Origin: Atractiella rhizophila
Taxonomy: Eukaryota
Assembly: GCA_021432655.1 (NCBI GenBank)
Contig: MU271503.1
Location: 1 to 52,215, forward strand
Direction of reading: 5' to 3'
DNA length: 52,215 nucleotides
Below are positions 12,662 to 24,068 of this stretch, in pieces (the first letter of the stretch is position 1; each line of letters starts with the position of its first letter). The notes beneath the pieces were generated by a model. The model was given only the letters and a program-made list of their open reading frames with translations. It ran no database searches and was not told where the DNA came from. The translations under genes and the position numbers were made by a program.

Positions 12662-14108
12662 CTATAAACCTTCCTCCTTCCCCGTCCTCGTCTTCGACAG
12701 GTCATTCAAATTCTTCTCCACCGCCGCCCTCAACCTCCCCTCCAAGCCTGCCCTGACGAGTTCTCCCGCCTTGAACGAGCTCCTGACGAGCGGTCCGGAG
12801 GCGACGTAGAGGAATCCCATCTCCCTCGCCTTCTCCGCATACTTCTCAAACACCTCCGGGGCGACGTAGGAATCGACCTTCATGTGTCGCTTTGTCGGTC
12901 GCATGTATTGGCCTAAAGTCACTACGTCTACGCCTACGCTTCGAAGGTCTGAGAAAGCCGAGGGTTAGAGTTAGCCTTCGAAAGGTTACGCGAAAGAGAG
13001 ACGGGGACGGACCACGAAGGGTTTGTATGACCTCTTCTTCCTCCTCTCCAAGACCAAGCATGATCGAGCTCTTCGTAAGCACTCTTCCTCCCGTAGTCTC
13101 CTTCGCCAACTCCAGCGTCCTCAACGACTGTCTATACCCCGCCCTCCGGTCTCTAACCTCCGGAGTAAGTCTCTCCACCGTCTCAACATTATGTGCAAAA
13201 ACCGATAAACCCGCATTAGCGACCAAACTAACCAGTTCCCTGTTCGCGAGGAAATCCGGTGTGAGAGCTTCGAAGAGGATGTGTGGAGCACGAGTCTTCG
13301 TCTCCCGAATCGTGCTCGCGAAGTGGGCGGCGCCATAGTCTGGAAGGTCGTCCCGGTCGACGGAGGTCATTACGATGTACCCCACCCCCCAACGCGAGAT
13401 GGCAGTCGCGACGTTTGATGGTTCGTTTGGATCGAGCGGTGCTGGTGTACGTGAGGTGGAGACGGAACAGAAGCGGCAGGCGCGGGTGCATTCTGAGCCC
13501 ATGAGCTGGTGGAGTTATTGATTGGTACATCAGAGACGCATGTAAGGGAGAAGGAGGAGAGAGTAAGACAAACCATGATGGTGGCGGTTGCCTCTCCTTT
13601 ACTCCCACTCCAACACTGTCCGATGTTGGGACACCGCGCCTCCTCACACACCGTATTTAGACCCAATCCTCTGAGGTCGCGTTTGATGGAATTGTACGAC
13701 TCCGACACTGGGATTTTCGTCCGCAAGTAATCAGGCAGCCTCATGCTATTCCCACACACACCAACGCATTCAGAGTTTTCTTCCTCTTCCCAATCAAAAG
13801 CCATAAAGCTATAAAAATGCCATAACGAAGGCAAGACCCAGGAAAAGGTACAAGTAAAGAAGTAAAGAGACGCACGCAGTGACGTTCCCCATCCGCACCC
13901 TCCCACTGACAAACTCATCAAACCCCGGTCCCTGGTCCAAGCGTTCCTTGAAGGAAGACATCCTACTTGAAGAGTTGGTGTTGGATGGTGCATCTGGTGG
14001 AAGGGGAGTGGAGGAGGAAGCGATAGACGCGGAAGAGGTGGCGACTCCTCGTGCGAGGTTGAGAAGAGGCAGGGTGCGCTTGGCAGTCGTCGAGAGGGAC
14101 ATTCTCAT
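12662..14108 (-). CDS. LIP5: Lipoyl synthase, mitochondrial (radical SAM)
   Basis: [15 protein letters not shown] (CX4CX5C), ECTRACRFC (CX3CX2C), [16 protein letters not shown] and [14 protein letters not shown] motifs; Arg/Ser-rich presequence; three introns. Confidence 0.97.
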
Positions 14109-14300
14109 CAAACCTCAGCTCCTGCTTGGATTGGTTTTTTGGGGCGAATCGGGAGTGGGTTGGTTGGTCAGCCTTGCGCTACCCTGCGCCATCCCGCGCT
14201 AAGCTTCCCGTCTAATCCTCAAATGATTCACTTTGCATCGCAGAGTCCAAGCTGAGGCAGCTTATAAGGCAGCTTTGACGATCGTTGAGAGAGGTGCGAG

Positions 14301-17300
14301 ATGACCACTCTTACGTTGGCTCTCAAGGCTGGGGCCATCCTTACAGGGGTGGAATCCACACCTCTTCAACCCGGCGCTTCCAACACTGGCAGACAAGGGA
14401 AAGGGCAGGGGAAAGACATGCATCCCATCCTTCGCGCGAGGCTGGACGCCGTTTCCAGCCTACAAATAGATAACATCCCGCCTTTCCCAACTCCAGCTCT
14501 CGAGGAGGAGGAAGGCCTACTCGAGTCTGTTTACGGCTCAACAGCACTCAAGATCCTCGTCCTCATCGCCCGTCTCTCCCCTACCACATCTCCCTCAATA
14601 CAAAAAAGCACATCTGCATCGCCTCCCACGTTTGGAATCCGCGATGTAAATGTCCTCCGCCTCCTTACTGGTATCGTCGTCCGCTGGGGATTGAAGGGAG
14701 AGGAAGAGTTGGAGGAGTTGATGGCATCCGTCTTCGATTGGGAGAGGAAGAAGGCTACCGAAGTCGGGGAGTGGGTTTTGAGGGAACACTTATCTGCACT
14801 GGTCATTCTAATGGTCAAGTACTCCGAACAGGCAACAGAAAGCTCTGAAGAGTGGAAGAGACGTCTCGATATCTTAAATTCGTCGTACGTGACCATTTCT
14901 CTTTCTTGTTTGATTTCCTTTCAGCTAGAACATTGAGACTGAAAAAAAGGAAACAGACTGCCCATACGTTCCCTCCTCCCTTCGCTCCTCACAGCCCTCC
15001 ACGCTCTCCCCTCTTCACACCTCCTCCGCGCACACCTCCGTACCCTCCTCCTCCGTCCGCCTTCCCTCCCGTTCCTCTACGTACTCCTCTCTCCATCCTC
15101 CCCACCCTCATCCGCACATGCTAGCAGAGGGGTCGATGGAGACTCTACGACGGATCCTAAACTCCTATCTGCTGTATCTAGCCTCCTATTGGAGGTGTTG
15201 CCCACGGACCAGTTCTTGGAAAGACACAGAAATATTATGTCTCCGTCGATGACTCCCGATGTTGGAAGGACCATCTCTTTTGTCCTTCATTCCTTCTTCC
15301 TCACCCAAAACGGCAAGGAGGAATGGCGTAAGTTTCTGGAGAACGCACGATCCTCATCAAGATCTGGAGCGGGAGAGGGTGGTGAAAGGAGTGGAAGGTT
15401 TGGCAGAACCGTGTTGGTTGATCCAAGGGGAAAGGGAAAGGGAAAGGAGGAGCGCATTGGCATCGATCAACGTACTCTCCAACTACTCGCCGTCACTTCG
15501 ACCTATGCTCCGCCCGACTCTGAGGACTTTGTCGACGCTATTCTTTCCCCTTTCCTCCCGCAACTCCTCCTCGTCGCTGCAAAAGCTCTCGAATCAGGAG
15601 AAGAGGAGGAAGGAGGGGAAGTGGAAATTATGGAGAATGGACAGAAGCGGCGGGGGAGAGGAAACCCAGCACTTGATTGTATAAGTGCTTATATAGGGAA
15701 GGTAAAGAGGGAGAAAGTGGAAAATAAGTTGGCCCACATCTTATCCTCTCTCCACGATCGCGAACACAACCACTCCAGCTTCTCCATCAATGACAAAGAC
15801 GAAGAGGACGACTTAACCCTTGTAGAAGGCACAGAACCCACCCTCCTCTCAGCCCTCAAATCCGCCTCCCTCTCCCTCCAAAGCGCCGGCTCCCTCCTCA
15901 TCCGTTGGCTATCCGAAGCGCGCGTTCTCGAAGGCTCATCCGTCCAACCGCACCATGCACAGGGCATGGGGATCGGGGTGTTGTGGCGCGTCTCGCTCGT
16001 GCAGGCGGTTTTGGAGGTCTTTGGAACGGAGGTGCTGAGGGAGTTGGGGTTGGAGGACCTCTTGGGGTTTGTGGGGTGGTGTTTGGATCTGGATGAGGGG
16101 TTGGAAGGGGGATGTTGAGTGGAGAGGAACGCGTAGGGTTGGTCGATGGGGATGAGGTAGATGAGATGGAGGGGGGGATGACGAGGGTTGCTTTGACGGT
16201 TTTGAGGGAGGTGATGGATTGTATGTCATCTTCACATCTTACTATGCTATCACTGATCTCATGTCTCTCTCTCCTAATTTGCTTGTGCTGGTATCGCAAT
16301 CGGGAAAAGCCACCGAATTCTCCCCGACCTCTTTACCCTTACTGAACGCTTTCCTCCCCCGCCTTTCCACGCTCAAATCTCCAACACTCCGGCCTCTCGC
16401 ATCTTCCCTCGTCGCATCCATCAACCTCCAACTCTCCTCCCTTCCATCCACTTCCACCTCCGCTCCTCACCCACTTACAAAGCCATATACCGACGCGCTC
16501 GCGCTCCTCAAACATCCCGACCTGCCCATAAGAGCTATGGGCCTCTCCTCCCTCCGCCACCTTGTCCGCACCAGCACTTCCTCATCCTTACCCTCATCCT
16601 CATCCTCCATGCCTTCCATGCCGGAAGACATGTTTGAGAGCATATTAGACGTCTTCATGCTCAACATCCAGGACGAAGACTCTTTCATCTACCTAGCGGG
16701 AGTGGATGGACTCGCGTTGATGGCGACGGAGATGGGGAGGGAGAGGGGAGAGAAGACGCTGAGAACTGCGCTGGAGGTTTATGTGGATGGTGGAGGCGAG
16801 AGGGAGCTGGATACTAGGTTGAGAGTTGGAGAGGCGCTGGACAGAGTGGTAGCGAGGATGGGAGAGGCTGTCGTCGTTCATCGTACGTTTTTGTTCTCTA
16901 CCTTGCTCTCAGTTCTTAAACATTAGAACGGATGACAGTTCACACGTTGTTACCGCCTCTTCTGGAGACTCTCAAGTCTTCGAAGCAACCTACGACATTA
17001 CGGATATCTACACTCAACATCCTATCAACACTCATCACTGCACTCCCTCCTTCTTCTCTCTCATCTAACAACGTCTCGCGCCACCTCCTTTCCACCGCCC
17101 TCGACATTCTCGAACTCGAAACCGTCCTCCTCCGTCCCGAAGACCGTCGGAAGAAGACGATACTGATCCAGGAAGTTCGTTCCCCTCAATCAGAATTGGA
17201 AGAGGATGAGGAAGAGGAAGAGAGAGCGAAGTGGCGGAGAGAAGAGGATACTCCAAACCCGATGTCGACGGATTCGAAACACCCAGCACTTCGACGAGCC

Positions 17301-17606
17301 GCAATCCACTTCGTCGCTCGCCTCTTCGCCTCTTCTTCCAATGCTCTCAACGAACAGATCGCGGAGGCGTTGGAGCCGAAGGAGCTATTACCGAAGATTG
17401 AGGAATTGAGACTGGGTACGGAGAGGAAGGAGGTGAGGCTAGATGGGAGGGAGGAGATGGGGGGGATGGAGTGGAGCTTTCCTAGAGAGTTGCTGGAGAG
17501 GACGAGGAGGGTGTTGGGGTTCGTGGAAGAGATGGATAGAGATGAGGTCGTGAGAGGCTTGGCTGGGGAGGTGCAGAGGGAGATTGAGGGACAGCTTGGT
17601 CCATGA
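14301..17606 (+). CDS. RTP1: RNA polymerase II assembly factor Rtp1 / TANGO6-like ARM-repeat protein (apparent 1-nt frameshift at ~16107-16111)
   Basis: C-terminal motifs DALALLKHPDLPIRAMGL, QDEDSFIYLAGVDGL, DTRLRVGEAL, TLRISTLNIL, LRRAAIHF and DRDEVVR match the RTP1_C1/C2 pattern. Confidence 0.8.
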
Positions 17607-17782
17607 GGTTACTTCTTGTTTTGATGTTGAACTGATTACTTCCTCCTTCATCATGATTTGCCAATGGCTCCGGAGTTTTACAGTAAAGGATTGTGATTGA
17701 CTCTCTTACCACGCTGCTCACTCAGACACGAAGTTGATTTGGATCACTTGATTGGCTGGCGCTGAGTTTTGCCGCAGAGATC

Positions 17783-17791
17783 TTATCTGAT
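17783..17791 (-). promoter_or_regulatory. ATCWGATAA element (iron-repressive GATA factor site, SreA/Urbs1 type) upstream of hapX
   Basis: The + strand TTATCTGAT reads ATCAGATAA on the - strand, about 105 nt before the hapX ATG. A CCAAT box (ATTGG, ~17751-17755) is nearby. Confidence 0.6.
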
Positions 17792-17896
17792 CGAGGGCCA
17801 ACCCCAGCATGTCCGCTCCGATTTTTCCCCTTCCAAAAACACAACTTCGGGTGGCCATAGCTACATCTCTCAGCGTGTGTAGAGCAAGACGACGAA

Positions 17897-19460
17897 ATGC
17901 TGGCGATAAAACCTGCCTCACAGGCCTCCTCGTCTAGCGCACCTCTGACTCCAGGCACGAGCACCGTTTGGGAGATACCGCCTCGTCCTAAGCCTGGGAG
18001 GAAGCCTAAGAAGGACGAACCTGAATCTGTACGTCTTTGCTCTGTCTTCGGGTTATCTTGTGTGGGAATGCTCGAGGTTGCTCGTCCTCACATTTTGCTG
18101 AGGTGCGCAGAAACGAAAAGCGCAGAATCGAGAGTCGCAAAGAGCTTTTAGGACGCGAAAGGCGGAATATCTCACTTCTTTGGAGCAGAGGGTACAAGAG
18201 TTCGAGAAACAGGATGGGGAGAAGAGCGTATACTTTCAGGGGATCGCGAAGAGGTTCAAAGAGGAGAACGATCGGTTGAAAGAGGAGAATAAGAGCTTGA
18301 AGGAGCAAGTGGAGAGACTACAATCGCAGGTTCAAGCTCAACTTTCGAGCCCAGTCGGGACTTCATCCGTCCAAGTGGTTCAGGTCTCAGGATCACCCGC
18401 TCCATCTCCTCCAGAAGCTACCAACGCAGCCTTTCTCCTTGCTGGCCTCACCTCTACCGACCCTGCCGAACCTGAAGTTCCCACACGGCTGCAGATCCCA
18501 TCGGGAGGGTGTGGGCTTTGCACCTCCCCCGAATCAGGCGACTGTCTCTGTCGCGAAGTTCTCGCGGATCAACCTCCTAGTCCACCGCCTTCCAACTTTG
18601 TGAGAGAAGAGCGGCCGACAGTCGTGCCACTCAAAAGACAGAGGCTGTCGAATGGAGCTAGTGTGAAGAAGGTTTGGGATATCGAGGACCATCGTCCTCG
18701 AGAGTGTACAGGGAATCCAAAAGACTGTTCAGCTTGTCAAGGGGACAGGTTCGTCTTTTATTTCTTATATACATACATCTGTGACAGGGAGAAGCTAATG
18801 AATCGATAAATGGCAGCTTCGGCCAACAATTTTGCACCATCTTATCCGACACGATGTGTTCCAACAAGGATCTTCGTTGCTCGACCTGTCCCTCAAACCT
18901 CAACCACAAATCAAAAGAGGTCCCTCAAGCTCAAGGAGGAGGATGTTGCGGCGACCCCGAATTCTGTACGGGCACCCTCCGTTTACCTCCCTGTTCCACA
19001 TTCAACGCTCCTCCGTCGGATCCCTTGTTACCATCGAACACGAACGCATCTCCAACGCGCACCCTCATGCCTGCCAACCTGGCATGGGAGCAATTCAAAA
19101 CGCACCCAAACATCGAATACACCGGTAAGTTCCATCACATCTCTTCTCTTTCCTTCCCCTCCCGTCCACTTCTCCTTCACTGACTGATGATAACCTCGTA
19201 ATCTGCGTATAGATCTGCACATGCTAGCAAACGTCGTCGCCGCGCACGCTCATTGTGAAGTCACAACCATCCCTACTCCTCGAACCCCTCCTCTGGGATT
19301 CTCAAAGTTTGCACAAGAGGGATTCGAGCCTCCGAAGGAGCTTGTGCCGACCGATCAGCTGAAGAGGAAGAGGGTGGTGGTGGAGAGAGAGGGGGTGGAG
19401 GAGGCGATCAGGTTGTTGGATAAGGGTGCTTTTGGTAGATTGGAGAGCGATGGATTCTGA
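17897..19460 (+). CDS. HAPX: HapX iron-responsive bZIP transcription factor
   Basis: Hap4-like motif 'AIKPA...WEIPPRPKPGRKP', bZIP 'KRKAQNRESQRAFRTRK' plus coiled coil, and Cys clusters CGLCTS..DCLC, CTGNPKDCSAC, CSTCP and GGCCGDPEFC. Three introns. Confidence 0.9.
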
Positions 19461-19722
19461 ATTCTTTGATTGACTTGAACCCTTTGTCGAAGTCAAGGAC
19501 TTAGTGTGTTGTACAATGGATCGCTTTGAGAGTGAAAAAATATGAATTGTAGAGGTAGAGGTGTACAGTATCTTATTAAGGAAATGCGAACTCTTTGATC
19601 ACATAAATGTGTACAGCAAATGTAACGTCGAAAATGGAGGAGGGGATCTCGGGACAGAGAGATCCCGGACAGCTACATCTCACACTCAGAGTCGGATAGG
19701 AAAGAAGAAATAAAGACCAACC

Positions 19723-22700
19723 TCAATACAAAGAACCTTCCCTATTCCTTGTAAACTGTGGAGTCACCTCTTCCAACCATCTCGTTATCTCCTCCACCGC
19801 CTGCTCTCTCGCTCTCTCTCGTACTAACGGATCGTTAGCCGGCAAACGAAGATCTTCTAAGAAGCGAAGCATCCTCTTTATATCCTTGCTAAAGATTGCT
19901 TCCTCCTCGAGCTTCGCCTTTATAATCCTCTGATTGTCCTTTGCGAGCAAGGCAGCTCGATCAACGACCTCGCGGGGCAAATCGAACTCAACCCTTTTCT
20001 TCGGCGGACCGTAGAATGAGGCTCGATGGAGTAGGGTACGGATATCGGCTGCACCATTAGGCAGAGATCGCATGAGTCGAAAATTGGGGCGTAAGCCCTG
20101 TTCGAGGGCGGAACGAACGATTTCTTGAGCCCGAATGGGATCTTTCGCCGAAAGATGAGCATTGTGGAGCACACTGAGGAAGTCCGCTTCCGCATTTTCT
20201 GTCGAAATGTTTGGGTCCGACCTTGCCTGGTCTAAAACGCGCTCGACCTCTTCGATGTTGCCTTCCAAGGCGTAGGAGGTCGCGAGCGTGACGTAAGGTT
20301 GAGGAGTGGTGGGTCGAATCTTGTATCTGGTGATGCTATCGAACAGCTTTCGAGCTCTCTTGGTTTTATGCACTCGAACCAACGCTGCCATTATGATGTT
20401 GTAATGTCCATCATCCACGCGAACTCCGGACTTGGCGGCCTCATCGATGATGGCAAATGATTGGTATATTTCTCCCCTCGCACAGTATGCGAAAAGGAGA
20501 GATGCGACGTGACCAGGGGATGGGTTGAGGCCTTTGGATAGAACGTGAGCCTCAAGGAAATCGTCGAGGACTGACAGTGGAATGGAAGGTCGTAAAGCCA
20601 CCTGATGAGCTAGTCGATTGAAATGAATCTGCGTCGAGAGTCGACTGAAGGAAGAAGAGTGGGAATCCAGCGTGCGATCGAAAACTGCATCCATTTTACG
20701 GGGACGTTGCCTTAGGTTCTCAGCGTTCGATTTGCTCAAAAGTGTCAGCTCGAAGTGTTGGTCCCCAAACTCCACACCAGTGTTTTCGAACGCCAGAAGC
20801 AGTTTCTTGAGCTCGGAAAGAAATGAGTGATTGATGCTGTCCTTGCGAGAAGCAATGATCCCCTTCAAAAGTGCAACAATCCTGCTTTCATTTACCCAAT
20901 CTCCCTTCCTAAGCGTCCCCTTCAACATTCCGATCTCGGATGTAATCGTCCCTCTCTCCGTGACGTTCCTTATATTCTTTACAGCTATCAGGTTCTTGGG
21001 TCCAGGCTGACGCATCTGGATGTCAGAGACAACTTGCAATGTCCCATGGATAGTTCCTCCGTTCAAGGCTTGGTAATAGAAACGGCGAAGGTCCTGCGTC
21101 AGGGGTAATCCAAGATCGATAGCTTCCTGGAAGAGTTTCACTGCCATCTCCTTCCGTCCCAAGTAGATGTATACCTTCATGAGCTGAGCGTACGACTCTG
21201 CATTCAACTTCGGTTTCGAAGTCACAGAACCCCTTCGAGAGCTGACTCTGGAGCTGTACGTTTCTAGCCGTAGAACAGGACTACTTTCGATGTCAAAATA
21301 GTGAAGGTATTTCATCGTCTTTTTCAAGGAGCGTCTTTCCGCATAGAGACCTATCATGGCGTTGAGGAAAGCTGGGTCTTGCTGGAGAAACTTCCATTCA
21401 GGGTTGGATTTGAAGGAGCGCTCGATTTCGTAGATTTCCGACACGCCACCAGCAGATTTACCCAGAGAAGTCAAAGCTTTGACGATTACGAGAATAGTTT
21501 CCGCGGTTGGGGCAAAATTGTAATCGTTCATGGTGCCCAATACCTGACGTGCAGCAACTAGGTCACCTGCATCGATGAGACAACCGATGGCGGCGTGGAA
21601 CAGCGCAAGGTCAGGGTTCAAGGTGGACGATTCCACGAGACGATTCCAGGCTTGCATGATAGTTTCGGCCTTGCTCTTCTGTGCTTGTAAGCATTGAAAG
21701 TAAATGTGTACCAACTGATTGGAATTCGCCAGATGTCCCGCTGCCATAGTCTGTAGAAAGATCATTGTGACATTCCAGGATTCTCTCTGTCGCAGCTCCA
21801 ACGCTAAGTCGACGCAAAATTGCTCCGTGAGCTGAGGGACCTCACGAATCACTTCGAAGAGAAAGTCTGCTCCCCGTTTCTGCTGCAAGACACCGGTTCT
21901 CCGTCTACTTTTTACGAAACGCCATGCTTCGTCGTCCCACGATACAGCAGTAGCTTTTCGTCGGGCAGGATCTAAAATGGGATTCGAGATTCGTGAAGTT
22001 ATGATGCATTTGCAGAAAAGGAACAAGACTGATTCGTTCTGCAGGAGTCCAGAAGTGCGGAGGATAGGTCGCAGAGCTTGACAGTGCTCAAACGTCAATA
22101 GCGAGAGATCACTACTTGCAGTCGTATTGATCATTTCAGCGCTGACGTGCTCGTTTCCCGTCCTAGTGTAGTTGGCAGAGGCGGCAGATAAATGACGAAG
22201 AAGAACTGCCACGATCTGGGCTTGAACGTTTTCTCTGGATATCTGTTGTTCTTCCCCTTCTCTATCCAGAAGCGCCAAATCCATTTTCAAACGGGCAAAA
22301 CTGGCGTCCAAACTTTCGCTTGCGACCTGGGAATTTAGAGCTGGGCGTGAACGTGGCAGGAAAAGGTCTCGCTGTAGTTCACGTGGCTTGCGCTGCCGGA
22401 CTTCGTTCAGCCGCATCTTAAGCGATTGTTTCTTTGAAAGGGGATCATTGAGTGGAGATTGAGACTGTATTTTCGAGTCAGCATCTGCGCCTTCCGATGG
22501 TTGCGCTGAAAAGGAGTCGTCCAAAGAAAAAGGGGTCGCATTTTGTCTATGTTGTTTCCTTGGAATGCTATCGACGAATGATGGGTGGAAAGGTGCTTTC
22601 GAGGTCGACGGGAGAGAGGTTTTTGTCTTTTTCCGAGGATCCGAACGTGTAGTGGGTGTTGTTTCCTTGCTCGGTATCTCAGTATTTGAGGTTGGTGAAA

Positions 22701-23028
22701 CGTTATCGGCTTGGGATGGGGGTGACATCTCTACCGCCGACCTTGAGCTTGGTACCTGCTTCAGTTCTTCACCCTCACGAATTCGACTCGCCGCTTTCTC
22801 TTCGTCCAAGCCGACCAGGTTAGGGAAAGCGGCGGCTTGTGTAAATGCCCTAGACGGAGCAAAGTGGAGGGAGTCTCCTTGGGCTGGTCGAGTTCCAGGA
22901 AATCCACCAATTTTGGTTGATTGCGACAAGCATGGCGAATTGAGGAGTATGTGGTGGGAGAAGGAGTTGGGATTGAGTGGGGCATGCTGGAGTTGCAAGG
23001 AAGAAAAGAGGCGCAGCAGGGTTGTCAT
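19723..23028 (-). CDS. Pentatricopeptide repeat (PPR) protein, probably mitochondrial; single exon, ~1100 aa
   Basis: Repeated ~35-aa helical units (e.g. PDLALFHAAIGCLIDAGDLVAARQVLGTM, HVASLLFAYCARGEIYQSFAIIDEA, HYNIIMAALVRVHKTKRARKLFDSI); basic/Ser-rich N-terminus. Confidence 0.85.
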   Translation of the reverse strand: MTTLLRLFSSLQLQHAPLNPNSFSHHILLNSPCLSQSTKIGGFPGTRPAQGDSLHFAPSRAFTQAAAFPNLVGLDEEKAASRIREGEELKQVPSSRSAVEMSPPSQADNVSPTSNTEIPSKETTPTTRSDPRKKTKTSLPSTSKAPFHPSFVDSIPRKQHRQNATPFSLDDSFSAQPSEGADADSKIQSQSPLNDPLSKKQSLKMRLNEVRQRKPRELQRDLFLPRSRPALNSQVASESLDASFARLKMDLALLDREGEEQQISRENVQAQIVAVLLRHLSAASANYTRTGNEHVSAEMINTTASSDLSLLTFEHCQALRPILRTSGLLQNESVLFLFCKCIITSRISNPILDPARRKATAVSWDDEAWRFVKSRRRTGVLQQKRGADFLFEVIREVPQLTEQFCVDLALELRQRESWNVTMIFLQTMAAGHLANSNQLVHIYFQCLQAQKSKAETIMQAWNRLVESSTLNPDLALFHAAIGCLIDAGDLVAARQVLGTMNDYNFAPTAETILVIVKALTSLGKSAGGVSEIYEIERSFKSNPEWKFLQQDPAFLNAMIGLYAERRSLKKTMKYLHYFDIESSPVLRLETYSSRVSSRRGSVTSKPKLNAESYAQLMKVYIYLGRKEMAVKLFQEAIDLGLPLTQDLRRFYYQALNGGTIHGTLQVVSDIQMRQPGPKNLIAVKNIRNVTERGTITSEIGMLKGTLRKGDWVNESRIVALLKGIIASRKDSINHSFLSELKKLLLAFENTGVEFGDQHFELTLLSKSNAENLRQRPRKMDAVFDRTLDSHSSSFSRLSTQIHFNRLAHQVALRPSIPLSVLDDFLEAHVLSKGLNPSPGHVASLLFAYCARGEIYQSFAIIDEAAKSGVRVDDGHYNIIMAALVRVHKTKRARKLFDSITRYKIRPTTPQPYVTLATSYALEGNIEEVERVLDQARSDPNISTENAEADFLSVLHNAHLSAKDPIRAQEIVRSALEQGLRPNFRLMRSLPNGAADIRTLLHRASFYGPPKKRVEFDLPREVVDRAALLAKDNQRIIKAKLEEEAIFSKDIKRMLRFLEDLRLPANDPLVRERAREQAVEEITRWLEEVTPQFTRNREGSLY

Positions 23029-23914
23029 CAAAGATGCGCTGGGATTTGTTGGGAGTTGTCAAGAAAGGGACTGAATGGCATTCTACGAGTGATAGGTCAG
23101 TATTGGCATGGTAAGAAACCCAGATTCACGAAACCAACTTGTTACAGTTGATGGGAATGCTTTAGTGTGCTTTCTTCATAACCCACAAACAATTCCATGG
23201 GCAGCACGGACTGCTCACATGAGTTCAGCGAGCAATGCAAAATTAACTCTTAATGATGTCTGTACCTGGCTACATCAGGTCGTAAAGCAGCTATCAACGA
23301 TTCAAAGGCTCATGACATGTACCTTTCTGCATCTTGTTCAATAATTAAATACAGAAACTGTCACGCGTTATACTTGACGCCAATAACGCGAAGCCTGCTC
23401 AGGCATTTGAGCCAACACCAGCGAAAACTGGGCCTAACCCGCTTGCTCAAGAAGAACGGAATACTCACTTCTGGGTCACCTTACATTGACAGTAGTATTT
23501 GCAAGCTGATACCGCTGTAATCTACTCGCTTGAAGCGCTCCACTACCTTAAAGGTATTGTCCTCCCTCTCGTCGTGGTCAAATTTACTGGCTTCCCGACA
23601 AACAAACAGTATGCCAAACACTTCACGAATGCAGAGAGGGAAACGAGCTTGACTCTACTACTTATTATAGCAAGCAATTCTGTGGTAATCACCTCATCAG
23701 CCTTATAACTGATACATTGAGGTGAGTCGTCAAATTTGCTCTGCTCTCCACCAGGCAAAATGCTGGCACAAAACCGCAGTTGGGAGAGCTAATACAGCTG
23801 CCTTTAAATGCTTCATGAAAGCCTTATATCACTAGAACATGTCCTCTTAATTGTTGAATGTCTATCCAGATGTGATATTACAAGCTGGCCTGGAAGTCTG
23901 CGTTGGTATCAAAA

Positions 23915-23922
23915 TCACGTGA
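23915..23922. promoter_or_regulatory. TCACGTGA palindromic E-box (Cbf1/bHLH type) upstream of FOL3
   Basis: Perfect palindrome ATCACGTGAC about 130-150 nt upstream of the likely FOL3 ATGs. Confidence 0.35.
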
Positions 23923-24068
23923 CTAAATATAACCACCCTTCAAACGACAGACATTGCCAGTAGATCTATTCTGTGACTGATATGGATGCAACCTCGTTAT
24001 TGGTACTGAAATTTGTGCAACAGGACAAAGCGCGAATCTACCAGAGTCGGATGCACCTCTTTCGCAAA

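Noticed and set aside
19643..19666. 8-bp inverted repeat GGGATCTC/GAGATCCC between convergent hapX and PPR
   Set aside because: Short enough to arise by chance; rho-independent terminators are not relevant in a eukaryote.
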